Origin: Cetorhinus maximus
Lineage: Eukaryota
Reading direction: 5' to 3'
DNA length: 64,000 bases
Assembly (NCBI RefSeq): GCF_964194155.1
Contig: NC_135886.1
Span: forward strand, 71,486,001 to 71,550,000
The translations under genes and the position numbers were made by a program. The notes under the pieces were generated by a model, which worked only from the letters and a program-made list of their open reading frames with translations, did not search any database and had not been told where the DNA came from. This document shows positions 49,790 through 62,504 of this stretch, in pieces (position 1 is the stretch's first letter; each line of letters opens with the position of its first letter).

Positions 49790-51750
49790 ATAAACTGAAA
49801 TAGTGAACTAGCATACTTAGAGTGTTAGGTTGCAATAAAAACAAATAAGCTGCTTGGTTATGCTGCCTTGTCAAATGAGATCATGACCTGGAAGTTCATG
49901 TCGAAATCATACAGAGCTTTAGTCAAGTCACATTTGGTGTAATGCATACATATCTGATTACTGGGATTTACAGAAACCATGCAGAGATAATATAACGGTG
50001 AGCAATAAGGTTGATTTTCTGGTGTCAGCAAAGAGCTGAGGATGAAGCTTGATTAAACTGGGCTTAAAAGAGACTTGGGTGGAGATTTGGGAGACACTGG
50101 CAGGCATTATGAGGGAGTCATTGGGCACTAGGGAAATATCCGTAACTTAGAAATAAGCCACAGTGGTGCCTATATTCCAATAGAGTGACAAATTGGACAG
50201 ACAACTACAGACCTACTTCATTCTCATGTAATATAATGGAATCCATTATCAAATGAAAACTTAAATAAGTTATTGTTTAAACAATCTAACATCTGTCAGC
50301 ATGGATCCCTAAGAGGAAGATCCTACTTAACTAATCTCTTTGACTTTGAGGAGTTAACATCCTAGGTGCACTTTGGTAAACTCTACAATATTTTGTACCT
50401 AGACTTCCAGAAGGCATTTCAAAACTTCCAACAAAAAATCTCAAAGCTGCAGGCATTAAAAGTATATCTTGAGTACAAATAAGAAATTGGCTGATGGGTG
50501 AAAAACAACAGGTGCTTTCTAGATGTATTACTTTGGGGTAACAGAACTACTAAGTGGGGTGCCACAGAGTTTGATCTTGGGCTTGTTACTGTTCCTTATT
50601 TACATGAGTCAGTTGGATCAAATTTATAGTTTATACTAAATTAGGAGGAGCAGTGCAATTTGAAAAGGCACCTCTGAAATAACAGACTAAGTGGACAAAA
50701 CATGTAAGTAGCAACAATGGCAGATGAAATTTAAGCAGACAAATGGTAAATACTACACAAGTAAAAATGGTCAAAATGCATAATCCCATGGATGGTGTTG
50801 AAATAATGAAAGGCGAAGTAGAAAGAGAACTAGGAGTCTGAGTAGTCTCTCTTTCTCTTGTCCAAACAATCCAGAACAGCAATCAACAAAGTCAATAAAA
50901 AACTGAACTAGATAGCCAAAGCAGTACAACATAAATTGGAGACAGTCATGATCAAACTGTGATGTTCTGGCCATTCTGCATCCCGAATACTGTGTCCACT
51001 TGTAGTCACTGAGGTAGAAGTAATTCAATTGTTGGAAATAATGCAAAGAGCCATAAGACTGACCTGCAATCTTAGAGGTTTAAGTTATGAGGAAAGACTG
51101 GAGAAACTTCGCCTTTTCGACTTTGAAAGCAGATATCTGAGAGGTTTCTTAGATGTAAGTTTGTAAATGTAAGGTGAATTTGCCAAGCGATTAGAACAAT
51201 GGGGTGACAGGTTTAATAGTAAAAGGTATTAGGTAAATTATATCAGGAAATTGTTTTTGTCATGGATAGAGTGATCTCACAAAATGGAATAGTGGTAGCG
51301 ACACCCTAGGCATCGTTTTAAAAAAAACTATTAAATGTTGCAATGTTGGGATATGCTTCAGGACATCCTGGATGGATGACTTAAGACGGGCCAAATTATC
51401 TTTCTCATCTGTAGTTATCTTGTAATCTTGTTTTTTTTTCAAAAAATTGTCTTAAGGAATCTTATGGAGATGTGTAAGATCCTTAATGGGATAGAGAAAA
51501 TAAATTCAAAATAATTCTTCTTATCCTGCCGCCCTGTTAAGATGAAGACACATGTTCACGTAATGAAAGACAGAGACCATACATTTTTACAGAAAGGGTG
51601 ATGAACAGCTAGAAAAGGTTTTCAGGAAAAGCGGTTAAGCCCAGGACATGGAACTCATTTAAGAGACAGCTAGCTGCTGCGTCGGTAGGATATAGTAGAA
51701 TTGATATTCTGGAGAAACGAGGGGCCGAGAGGTTACTTTCTTCCAAATTA
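49790..51750 (+). mobile_element. Very degenerate CR1 fragments
   Basis: QHG..RGRS.LTNL, YLDFQKAF, GVPQ.LILG, HPEYCVH, YEERLEKL remnants. Confidence 0.65.
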
Positions 51751-52024
51751 ACATAGAGATGGAGTTAATGTTTTTTTAAAAGTTGGAAAGAGGTGATAAA
51801 ACTGGTAAATGGTATTCAAAGATCACCTCAATGAGGTCATGAAAAGACTTTAAAAGAACAAAAAAATTAATTAACGCAATGGAAGGGCAAGGGAAGCAGA
51901 AAAAATGTTCTAAAGTATTGGAAGAAAAAGGAAAGACAGTGAGGGATATGGCTAAGACATAAAATTGTTGAAGTCAGTGTTCAGACCAGGGAGCTGCAGA
52001 ACACGAACAACATACTGTTTCTGA

Positions 52025-52811
52025 TAAAAACAAAAAGCTAAAAGCTACTGCGGATGCTGGAAATCCAAAACAAAAACAGAATTACCTGGAAAAACTCAGC
52101 AGGTCTGGCAGCATCGGCGGAGAAGAAATCAGTTAACGTTTCGAGCCTTCATGGCCCTTCGGCAGAACTGAAGCCAATGGAAAGCAATGAAGGTGAGCAG
52201 GGCAGAAGAGACAGTCGGAAATCCTGTCGGAGGACAGAACTGTACTTCTTCAAAGAGGGCATTTCTTGAAAAGGGGTGGCAGTCAATTAAACACAAAGAT
52301 AAAAACGAAAAGCTAAAAGCTACTGCGGATGCTGGAAATCCAAAACAAAAACAGAATTACCTGGAAAAACTCAGCAGGTCTGGCAGCATCGGCGGAGAAG
52401 AAATCAGTTAACGTTTCGAGCCTTCATGGCCCTTCGGCAGAACTGAAGCCAATGGAAAGCAATGAAGGTGAGCAGGGCAGAAGAGACAGTCGGAAATCCT
52501 GTCGGAGGACAGAACCGTACTTCTTCAAAGAGGGCATTTCTTGAAGAGGGGTGGCAGTCAATTAAACACAAAGATAAAAACAAAAAGCTAAAAGCTACTG
52601 CGGATGCTGGAAATCCAAAACAAAAACAGAATTACCTGGAAAAACTCAGCAGGTCTGGCAGCATCGGCGGAGAAGAAATCAGTTAACGTTTCGAGCCTTC
52701 ATGGCCCTTCGGCAGAACTGAGGGCCATGAAGGCTCGAAACGTTAACTGATTTCTTCTCCGCTGATGCTGCCAGACCTGCTGAGTTTTTCCAGGTAATTC
52801 TGTTTTTGTTT
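52025..52811 (-). mobile_element. PLE-derived tandem array (2.5 x 275 bp plus inverted 91-bp cap) with 12-bp TSD
   Basis: Units start at 52023, 52298, 52573; inverted segment 52721-52811; TACTGTTTCTGA at 52013-52024 and 52812-52823. Confidence 0.9.
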
Positions 52812-54064
52812 TACTGTTTCTGAAGTTTGCATTGAACTTAGTTGGGAGAATATAGGAGGTTAAAGTTAAAATGGTTAAAATGATGATGGGAGGGGAATTG
52901 AATTGATCAGGCTGACGTAGGTCAGGATAGCACTTGCAGATGGACAGACGTTTGGTTACCCAGACTTCATTTTGTCTGCAATATAGATGTAACCATACCA
53001 TGAGCAGCAAAAAACTTGCTGTATTGGAGGAAGTCTATGGAAATTGATGCTTTACATGGAGTATTTGGGGCCTTGGCAATGGCTTAGGAAGAAGTAAATG
53101 TTTCATAAATGAGACATGGTCTCTGATTATTGTTGTGTAGGGAAGGTAGATAGAAGTTAGACTGATGGAAGCGTATAACAATATCGCAGAACCAACAGTT
53201 CTGAGAACAAAAACAGAAAGAGGGTGGAAACATTTCCATAGTGTTTGGATCATATTGTGGCCAGCAAAAATGGTAGATGGGTATTCTTGCAAATTTAGAA
53301 GATAATGAGATAAAAGATGTAACCATAAAGAACCAGATCATTTTTGTAATTGGAAGTCAAAGGGATGAGAGTGGAAATAGGAGAAAGGGTGCAGAGTTGG
53401 TCAAGAGCTCTGTCAACCAAGAGAAAAAAGTTTGCTCAAGAACTCACTCAGCTAAGGAAAAATGAAGTTTCAAAGGCTCTAGTACTAGAAGTGCATTGGA
53501 ACGGTTTTCACAGAAACAGGAGGAGAAAAGAATGAAGTTTTTTCTCAAGGTGAGATAAGAAGAGTTGGGGTAGTTTCAATTTAACGAAATTTGACTTGTC
53601 TTTTCTATCTCTGGATTCCAGCAAATCCGCTATGCACAGCATTTTCTAATTTTACTTTTAGTCTCTAATCAACAGCACCACAACTATATAGTTAGCTATG
53701 AAGTAACTCCAGCTCTGAGATTACCAGAAAAAAAATTAACAGAAGTTAAAGTAAGGCAAGGAGTGGATTGAAACATGTTTTCCTAGTGCCACCTACCATA
53801 AAACTGCTGGAATAACCACCTCCTGTAGTATGCGAACATATTTGAGGACATAAGTATCAATGGATCCCTAATTCAAGCCTTTGCTGAATTTTCTCATATC
53901 AGACAGCCAACAATTGGAGCATCACCTTGGGTCTCGGCATTTCTGTGATGGGGAATTGAAAAATCAACCAGGAGACTCGCATCTGCAGGAAATGTGTAAT
54001 CATTCAATGACAATAGGATTGCCCTCTGCTGTGAAATCCTTTGTGATTGAATTGCCTGCTGCCA

Positions 54065-56060
54065 TACATATGAACATACAAATAAGGAGTAGGAGTAGGC
54101 TATTTAGCCCCTCGAACCTGCTCTGCCATTTAACAAGATCATGGCTGATCTAATAGTAACCTCAAATCTGCATCTCGCCTACCCCCAATAACCTATCGCC
54201 TACTTGCTTACCAAGAATCTATCCACCTCTGCCTTAAAAATATTCAAAGACTCTGCTTCCACCACCTTTTCAGGAAGAGAGTTCCAAAGACTCATGATCC
54301 TCTGAGAGAACAAATTTTGCCTCATCTCGTTTTAAATGGGCAACCCCTTATTTTTAAACAGTGACCCCTAGTTCTAGATTCTCCCACAAGAGGAAACATC
54401 CTGTCCACATGCACCCTGTCAAGTCCCCTCAGGATCTTATATGTTTCAATCAAGTCACCTCTTACTCTTCTAAACTCCAGTGGATACAAGCCTAGCTTGT
54501 CCAACCTTTCCTCATAAGACAACCTGCCCATTCCAGCTATTAGCCTGGTAAACCTTCCCTGAACTGCTTCCAACGGATTTATAACCCTGCTTAAGTAAGC
54601 CAAGCAATACTGTACACAGTACTCCAGATGTTGTCTCACTAATGCTCTGTATAACTGAAGCATAACCTCCCTACTTTTGTATTCAATTCCCCTTGCAATA
54701 AATGGTAACATTCTATTAGCTTCCCTAATTACTTGCTGTATCTGCATACTAGCATTTTGCGATTCATGCACTAAAATATGCATGTCCCTTTGCATTGCAG
54801 AACTCTGAAATCTCACCATTTAAATAATATGTCTTTCTTTTATTCTTCCTGTCAAAATGGACAATTTCACATTTTCCCACATTATATTTCATTTGCCAGA
54901 TCTTTGCCACTCACTTAACCTATCTATATCTTTTTGTAGCCTCCTTACATCCTCTTCACAATTTATTTTCCTACCTATCTTTGTGTCATCATCAAATTTA
55001 GCAACCATTCCTTCGGTCCCTTTATCCAAGTAATTTATGTAAATTGTAAACATTTGAGGTCCCAGCACTGATCCCTAAGGCACACCACTCGTTACATCTT
55101 GCCAACCTGAAAAAGACCCATTTATGCCTACTCTCTGCTTCCTGTTAGCCAGCCAATCGTCTATCCATGTCAATATGTTACCCTCTATACCATGAGCTTT
55201 TATTTTCCGCAATAACCTTTGATGTGGTACTTTATCAAAAGCTTTCTGGAAATCTAAGAGTGCATCCACTGGTTCCCCTTTATCCACAGAACATGTACTT
55301 CCTCAAATAACTCCAATAAGTTGGCTAAACATGATTTCCCTTTCACAAAACCATGTTAACTCTGCAATTTTCCCTATGACAGATGTTAAGCTAACTGGCC
55401 AATGGTTTCCACTTTCTGTCTCCTTCCCTTTTTGAATAATGGAGTTACATTTGCTATTATCCAACCTAATGGGACCTTCCCCGAATCTAAGGAGATTTGG
55501 AAAATTAAAACCAATGCATCAACCATCTCACTGGCCACTTCTTTTAAGACACTTGGAAGAAGTCCATCAGGACCCGGGCACGTCTCAACCTGCAACTCCA
55601 ACAATTTACTCAGTACCACTTCTCTGGTTATTATAAATTTTCCTGAGTTCCTCCCTCCCTTCCATTTCCTGATTTAAAGCTGCTTCTGCAGTGCTACTTG
55701 TATCTTCAATTGTGCAGACTGATGCAAAATTCATCTGCCATTTCCTTGTTTTCCATTATCAATTCTCCAGACTCACTTTCTATAGGACCAACGCTCACTT
55801 TGTTAATTCGTTTCTTTTAAAAATATTTATAGAAACTCTTACTCTCTGTTTTTATATTTCTGGCTAGCTTTCTCTCGTACTCTGATTTTTCCCGCCTTAT
55901 TAATCTTTTAGTCATCCTTTGCTGTTCCTTATATTCTGTCCAATGTCCTGGCCTTCCACCTATCTTTGCACAATTATATACTTTTTCTTTAAGTTTGATA
56001 CTATCTTTAACCTTTCTAGTTAACTACGGATGGTGTGTCCATCCCTTGGACTTTTTCTTA
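54065..56060 (-). mobile_element. CR1 LINE
   Basis: ORFs 54322-54819, 55075-55287 and 55386-55619 carry CR1 RT motifs (PGPDGL.P.VLKE, ANVTPLFKKG, DFQKAFDKVPH). Confidence 0.93.
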
Positions 56061-56500
56061 CTTACCCTTACTTGTTGGTGACATTTGCCACCTGAGAAAA
56101 GACCACTTGTATAAGGCATCCATGAACCACAGGCCTCTGTGGAACTATGTCTAACGCAAACCAAAGTCTTCAGGGGAGTGAGCAAAATTTACAGGATATG
56201 GGCTGGAAGAAGTGTTCAATTAGGATGTAAAGGAATCTTAGTATTAATTGAATCATGAGCAAGGTCCTTTAAATGTAAATTATAAACAAGTATAATAAAT
56301 ACTTGCGTAAATGCATTCCCTCCAAATATCTTAAATGTGAAGTTAATTATACTGTATTGGTTGATTTCTGTTACTGACCATTTTTGAGTAGTTGGCAAAT
56401 GTGTGTGAGAATTCGAGTGCAGTTTTAATTTAATGCTCAACCACTTTCTGTTGCTAGAAACCAGTAACTGCTTTAATGATAGGTCCCTTTTCTATTCCAG

Positions 56501-56633
56501 ATAATGCATGTGATCCAGGAGTGTGTGCCAAACAAATGTGGATTGACGTGACTGAGATTAAAAATGAGCTGTGCCTGACCTTCACTGATAATGGAAATGG
56601 AATGACTCCAATTAAACTACACAAAATGTTGAG
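56501..56633 (+). CDS. MORC4: MORC4 coding exon 3 (GHKL motifs I-II); gene continues beyond the window
   Basis: ttccag|[44 protein letters not shown]|gtagag; phase 1 matches exon 2, giving ELIDNA. Confidence 0.93.
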
Positions 56634-57387
56634 GTAGAGTGCTTAAGGATGAACAAAATGAATTCCATTTTATTAAGATACTTGTCAAAGAAAATAAAGA
56701 AGTATACAAAATGTAATTTAGAATTTATTTAGTGAGCTAAGTACAGTATAGAACAGCACAACAAAGTACACAACAGGTAAAACGTAAGGTAGAACAGAGC
56801 TCCGATGTTACTTCACAATTCTGAATCCATTATGAACTTCCTTCTTACACCTGTTCATCTATTAATTCAAATATTGCCAAGCCTTTCACTTGCTTCTTCT
56901 GAAAATGTCAAGCAGTGAGAATAACTAGAACCATATAAAAAGGGTGGGAAAAGCCCACGAGGCCAATCCAGCACACTGCATCTATGTGATATTCCCATAT
57001 ACAACTCCTGGCTCCCAAAGCTTAGCCATGACCTTCAAGGCACAAATCAGAACTGTGATGGAATGCTGTCCGAACATCCAACACCGGCACACCGTGCTAC
57101 AGTGTGCACTATCTATAAGATGCATTTCAGCGATGCACTAAAGCTTCTTTGACAGCACCTCCCAAACCCATGACCTTCACCATCTAGGAGCTCAAAGGAC
57201 AAGGCAGCAGGTGCATGTAAGTGCCATCACCTCCACGTTCCCCTCCAAGTCATACACCAACCACTCCTTCATCATCATTGGGTCAAAATCCTGGAACCCC
57301 CTACCAAACAGCATTATGAAAGTATCTTTGCCACATGGATTGCATATGGTTCAAGAAGAAGACCTCGAGGGTAACTAGGCATAATTA

Positions 57388-60025
57388 TTGCTGAAAAAAA
57401 GAGACACATCTAAGCTTTTCATCTTGCACTCACCAGGATACTCGCAAGAATACCAATATAAGGGGGGAAAACAACAATTTATACTGCATGTGAAGAGATT
57501 GCTGATTGGTTGGCAAGTGGCGTTGCCATGGAGAATGTGCCACTGATGGCGACTGACAGTTAACTGCCAAGCATTGTTTGAAATTTAAACCAGGCAGCTT
57601 GATCCTGATTGGTCAAGGTGTTGCCCTGAGGAATGAGTCAGTGAATGGCTGTCACTTATTTTGTTTAGCTGATACAGGCACAATGTATGTACATGTTCTT
57701 TCTGTCTGCAAAGAACCGGGCTATGTGTATTAATATATGTAGCTTCCACTTCACGCAAATGTACCACATTGCGAGCCTGACTGACAATCTTAAATTGATT
57801 GTCAGTATAATTCTTAGCACATTGAGGATTATTTAGCAAATGTTTCCAATCGCAGAATCACATCTAATATTGGACAGTGTTTTGAGTTTTGCAAGCATGT
57901 GCTGGTTGTGTACGGTCTGTACCCTGCCTGTTGCAAACAGCAGCTTGGACATGCTGTTTGATACGATCCGTTTGATACGGTCCATCAGTCTTTTTGGCCG
58001 ACATACCTAGCATCACACAGGCACTGAATCTCATATACCACATTACTCATTTGTGTGATAGGCAGAACGTCTTTTTGGCTTGACGGCAGTATCCTGTTAG
58101 TGGCGAATATCACTTGTGTTGCTACTCTTGTGGCAGATGGAATTTATTGTAGGAAAGTGTGAGGTCATGCACTTTGGTAGGAAAAATCAAAAGGCAGACT
58201 ATTATTTAAATGGAGAGAGAGACGCCAAAAAAGTGCAGCACAGAGGGATCTGGGTGTTCTTGTGCATGAAACATAAAGTTAGCATGCAGGTGCAGCAAGT
58301 AATTAAGAAGGCAAATGGAATTTTGGCCTGCATTGCTGGGGGTTGGAGTTTAAAAATAGGGAAGTCTTGTTACAACTGTACAGGGTGTTGGTGAGGCTGC
58401 ACCGGGAGTACTGTGTACAGTTTTGGTCCCCGTATTTAAGAAAGGATATACTGGCACTGGAGGCAGTTCAAAAGAGATTCACTAGGCGGATTCCTGGGAT
58501 GAAGGGATTGACTTCTCATGAATGGCTAAACAGGTTAGGCCTTTATTCATCAGACTTTAGAAGAATGAGGGGTGATCTTATTGAAACGTAGAAGATTCTG
58601 AGGGGCTTGACAGGGTAGATGTTGAGAAGATGTTTCCACTAGTGGGGGAATCTCAAATTTGGGGACATAGTTACAGCACAAGGGGTCACTCATTTAAAAC
58701 TGAGATGCAAAGGAATTTCTTCTCTCCGAGGGTTGTGAATGTCCGGAATTCTCTACCCCAGAGAGTTGTGGAGGTTAGATCACTGAAAGTATTTAAAGAG
58801 GAGATAGATTTTTGAAATATCGGGGAGTTGAAGGCCATGAGGAGTTAGCATGAAAGAGGAGTTGAGGCCTGGGGCAGATCAGCATGTTCTTATTGAGTGG
58901 CAGGGCAGGCTTGAAGGGCCGAGTGGCCTACTCCTGCTCCTAGTTCTTATGTTCTTATTTATGTTCTTACTGTATAGTAGCAGCGTGAAACAGTTAGCTT
59001 TACCTGTTTCTCAAATTTTTGAGATACCTTGCCCTTCCATGCCTAGTAAATAGGGCCCGAGCTATTTGCTCATCATGCAAGCTTGATGCTGAAATAAGGC
59101 GTATCAAAAGCATCCTGCAGGATAATGGCTGCCCTGATCAGATCATTTCGCACTGGATATCACGTAAACTCATGAACGGGCCTAAGGCCATCACTTTCAG
59201 CCCTGAAAAGTGCACAGTCTACCTCAGATTACCCTAGAAGGCAAGCTATCTCAAAAATTTGAGCAACAGGTGAAGCTAGCTGTTTCATGCTGCTACTATG
59301 CAGTAGCAACACGAGTGGTATTCACAACTAACAAGATGCTGCTGTTAAGCCAAAAAGACGTTCTATCTATCTCACGAATGAGTGATGTGGTATGTGAATT
59401 TCAATGCCAGTGTGATGTTAGGTATGTAGGCCCTATGTCCCAAAGACTGGCGGATCGTATCAAACAGGATGTTCCAGCCGCTGTTCGCAACAGCCAGGGT
59501 ACACACCGTACTCAACCAGCCCGTATTTGTAAAACTCAAAACACAGTGTCCAACATTAGATGTGATTCTGCGATTGGACAACATTTGCCAAATAATCCTC
59601 AATGTGCTAAGAATTACACTGACAACCAATTTAAGATGGTCAGTCAGGCTTAGAAGCTACATATATTAATATACAGGGCCCTGTTCTTTACAGACAGAAA
59701 GAACACGTACATACTTGGTGTCTGTTTCAGCTGAACAGAATATTTGCTAACTCATCAGTCAAGGCACTGCCCTGAGGGATCAGGGTCAAGCTGCCTGGTT
59801 TAAATTTCAAACAATGTTTGGCAGTTAACTGTCAGTCACCATCAGTGGTGCATCCCCAATGATAAAAGCACTTGCCAACCAATCAGCAGTCTCTTCACAT
59901 ACAGTATAAAATGTTGTTTTCTCCCTTATATTGGTATTCTTGCGAGTGTCCTGATGAGCGTAAGACTAATAGCTTAGACGTCTCTTTTTTCAGCAATACT
60001 CAAGTTCCATACTACCAAACGACTA
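57388..60025. mobile_element. Inverted PLE insertion (minus arm 57388-59039, plus arm 59040-60025) with 12-bp TSD
   Basis: RT-thumb LVNRARAICSSCKLDAEI..ILQDNG.P and GIY-YIG motifs; TAGGCATAATTA at 57376-57387 and 60026-60037. Confidence 0.85.
58127..58967 (+). mobile_element. CR1 3' fragment nested in the PLE
   Basis: WQMEF.VGKCEVMHFGRKN, LYRVLVR.H.EYCVQFWSP, tail ttcttatgttc; PLE sequence resumes on both sides. Confidence 0.9.
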
Positions 60026-60571
60026 TAGGCATAATTAATAACGTTCACATACCAAGAATGAACATTTAAAAAAAACATTGACCATGTATTCTACTGGGAG
60101 AGGCAAAATAAATCAGAGGAGAAAAGCTGCCAATTAAAAAAGCTATTTAAAAATCTTTTAGATTTTAAATCCGTTTATCGATCAATAATGCATGATACTT
60201 TTTGTTTCAGTTTCCCCTTAAATTTATATTTTGTTTGAAAATAAATTTGGATGAACTATCTCTCCTTGAATTTTTAATGGCACCTTTCCTTGATGTGAAG
60301 GTACTTAATATATCCTCATGACATTGAGCTTTAGATAATCCTACAATTCATTGACATATTTCAGTATAGGACTTTTTGTCCTGCTTGCTTCCCTTAATGT
60401 CCCCATTAGCACATCTTTTAGATAATACCACCACCGTCAACACCCCTTTATCCTTTTGTCTATGACATCTTTGGCAGTCTCTTGGCCTCCACCTATCACT
60501 GGCCCACTATCGAGCTCTCCTGTCCCACCCCCTTCTACCAGTTTATATTTCATCTCATTTCTATATGTCTT

Positions 60572-60610
60572 AGTTCTGATGAAGGGTCATACGGACTCGA
60601 AACGTCAACT
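60572..60610 (+). ncRNA. Minimal type I hammerhead ribozyme motif in a PLE pLTR
   Basis: AGTT-CTGATGA-A-GGGTC-atacg-GACTC-GAAA-CG-TC^-AACT: canonical core, stems I and II pair, GUC cleavage triplet. Confidence 0.7.
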
Positions 60611-61981
60611 GTATCCCTCTCTGCAGATGCTGTCAGACCTGCTGAGTTTTTCCAGGTATTTTTGTTTTTGTTCTAAGACTTTATCATGTTATATTCATAT
60701 CCAGATGCCCTTTCAATGCCAATGAGCTGTGACTACTGACTCACTGGAAAGCCTTCTGTAGCTAGCGTGACACTGTTTGCTTGATTTTCTCACCCCTCTT
60801 GTTCTAATCTCGCTATTGTCAATTGCGTCAGTGAATGCCTCCTGGAATTTTTATTCCTGTTCTCCCTGATGATGTATCTCAATGAGATGGAACTTCAACA
60901 AATTCTGCAATCCACTGGCCCAAAAGAAGTTAAGACTTTTTCATGTTAATGGCACGTTTGTTGTTACCTTTACTTATATGCACTGCTGTATGTTTGGCAC
61001 TACTGAAATTCATCGATTCTACATGACCCGATCTGTGTGATTAGTCCAAGTCTCTCTGAATATAATCCTTTTACTCACTACCTGCCATATAGCTTTGTGT
61101 CATCAGTAAATAATAATTACACTAGTGTATTTACCTTGTTCCATATCATTAATAAATGTTATAAATAGCAGGTGTCAAGAAAGAGTCCACAAGATATCTT
61201 TGTGGTACAGTATAGAACATACCCAACAAAATGCAACAACAGGTAAAAGTGTTTCACAACAGAAACATACAGTATAGACCATATATTGTGTACCACAACT
61301 AACGGAATAAACCTGGTGTTTTACAACACAAGTATACAACAGTCCCAAATACAATGTAACAGAGCAAAATAAAATATATGATTCATTCAAATGCATTGGA
61401 ATGCAGCATAATATCATGCACTATAACATAAAGTTTGTCAAATCACAGGTCATTTAAATTGCAATATAGTATACTAAGCACTGATTGAATAATGTATACA
61501 GTACATTCATACTATAGTTTGGGCACCATCAGTGGTGTTGCTCCATTTAGCTCCAGGTGTATTTTTGCAGCCTACCTAACCTCAAGTAGAGATTCAATAC
61601 CATAGAAACCTGTCCTGGGATCCCTGCTATTCACAACAGCAGATACATGGGAACACCACCACCTAGAAGTTTCCCTTCAAGCCACTCACCATCCTGACTT
61701 GGAAATGTATCGCCGTTCCTTCACTGTTGCTGGGTCAAAATCCTGGAACTCCCTCCCTAATAGCACTGTGAAGGCAACTTATCATCACCTTCTCAAGAGC
61801 AATTAGGGATGGGCAATAAATGCTGGCTAAGCCAGCGACGCCCACATTCCGTACATGAATTTTTTTAAAATGATGTGGACTGGGGACCTTTAACAGGAAT
61901 ATGATTTTTTTTTATATGTATAAGAGACATGGAAATACCAATTAGAAGCCATAGGGCAAGTGAAATAACCCCAGTAAAGTA

Positions 61982-62206
61982 CAGGTACCAGACCTAGTAT
62001 CCAGGAAGCTCGGGACTGGACGTGTGCCGGATTTGGGGATTTTACGGATTTTGGGTCCTGGCCTAGCATGTAGTTATAAGACATAAAATAAAGTATGAAA
62101 AATAAAGAATAAGGGAGTTTTATTTAAATTGTTACCCAGGCCGCCAACTTCGAATGTAGCCGGTTTTCAGGTCCTTTGGGATGCTGGATAAGGGCTCCAG
62201 TGCCTG
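61982..62206. mobile_element. Tc1/mariner-pogo-type MITE
   Basis: TA|CAGGTACCAG..TATCCAG ... CTGGATAA..CAGTGCCTG|TA: imperfect TIRs and TA TSD. Confidence 0.65.
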
Positions 62207-62504
62207 TAGAGCTATCTGCAGAATTATTGACTTAAATTTCTTTCCTCTGTTTCTTTTGGGCCATGGGCAGTATCTGGTCCTCATTTGACAAATGTTGCAT
62301 GATTGAAATCAGGAATTCACTGTATGGAGATTCGCAGGTGCCAAGCTGCATTCTGTCATTAGTACAACTTGTTGCATTGTTCCTAGGAGAAATTCTTATA
62401 AGGTACAGGTTGGGATTGGGGTTTCTGGCAAACGGTGAATAATTCTCGTACAGCACAACAGAAAGCACATGGATATAGACTCGATATGGGGAATCAGAAT
62501 ATAA

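Noticed and set aside
52054-52686. Duplicated 71-74 aa ORFs as tandem genes
   Set aside because: They are reading frames of the PLE terminal repeat, which recurs across the window.
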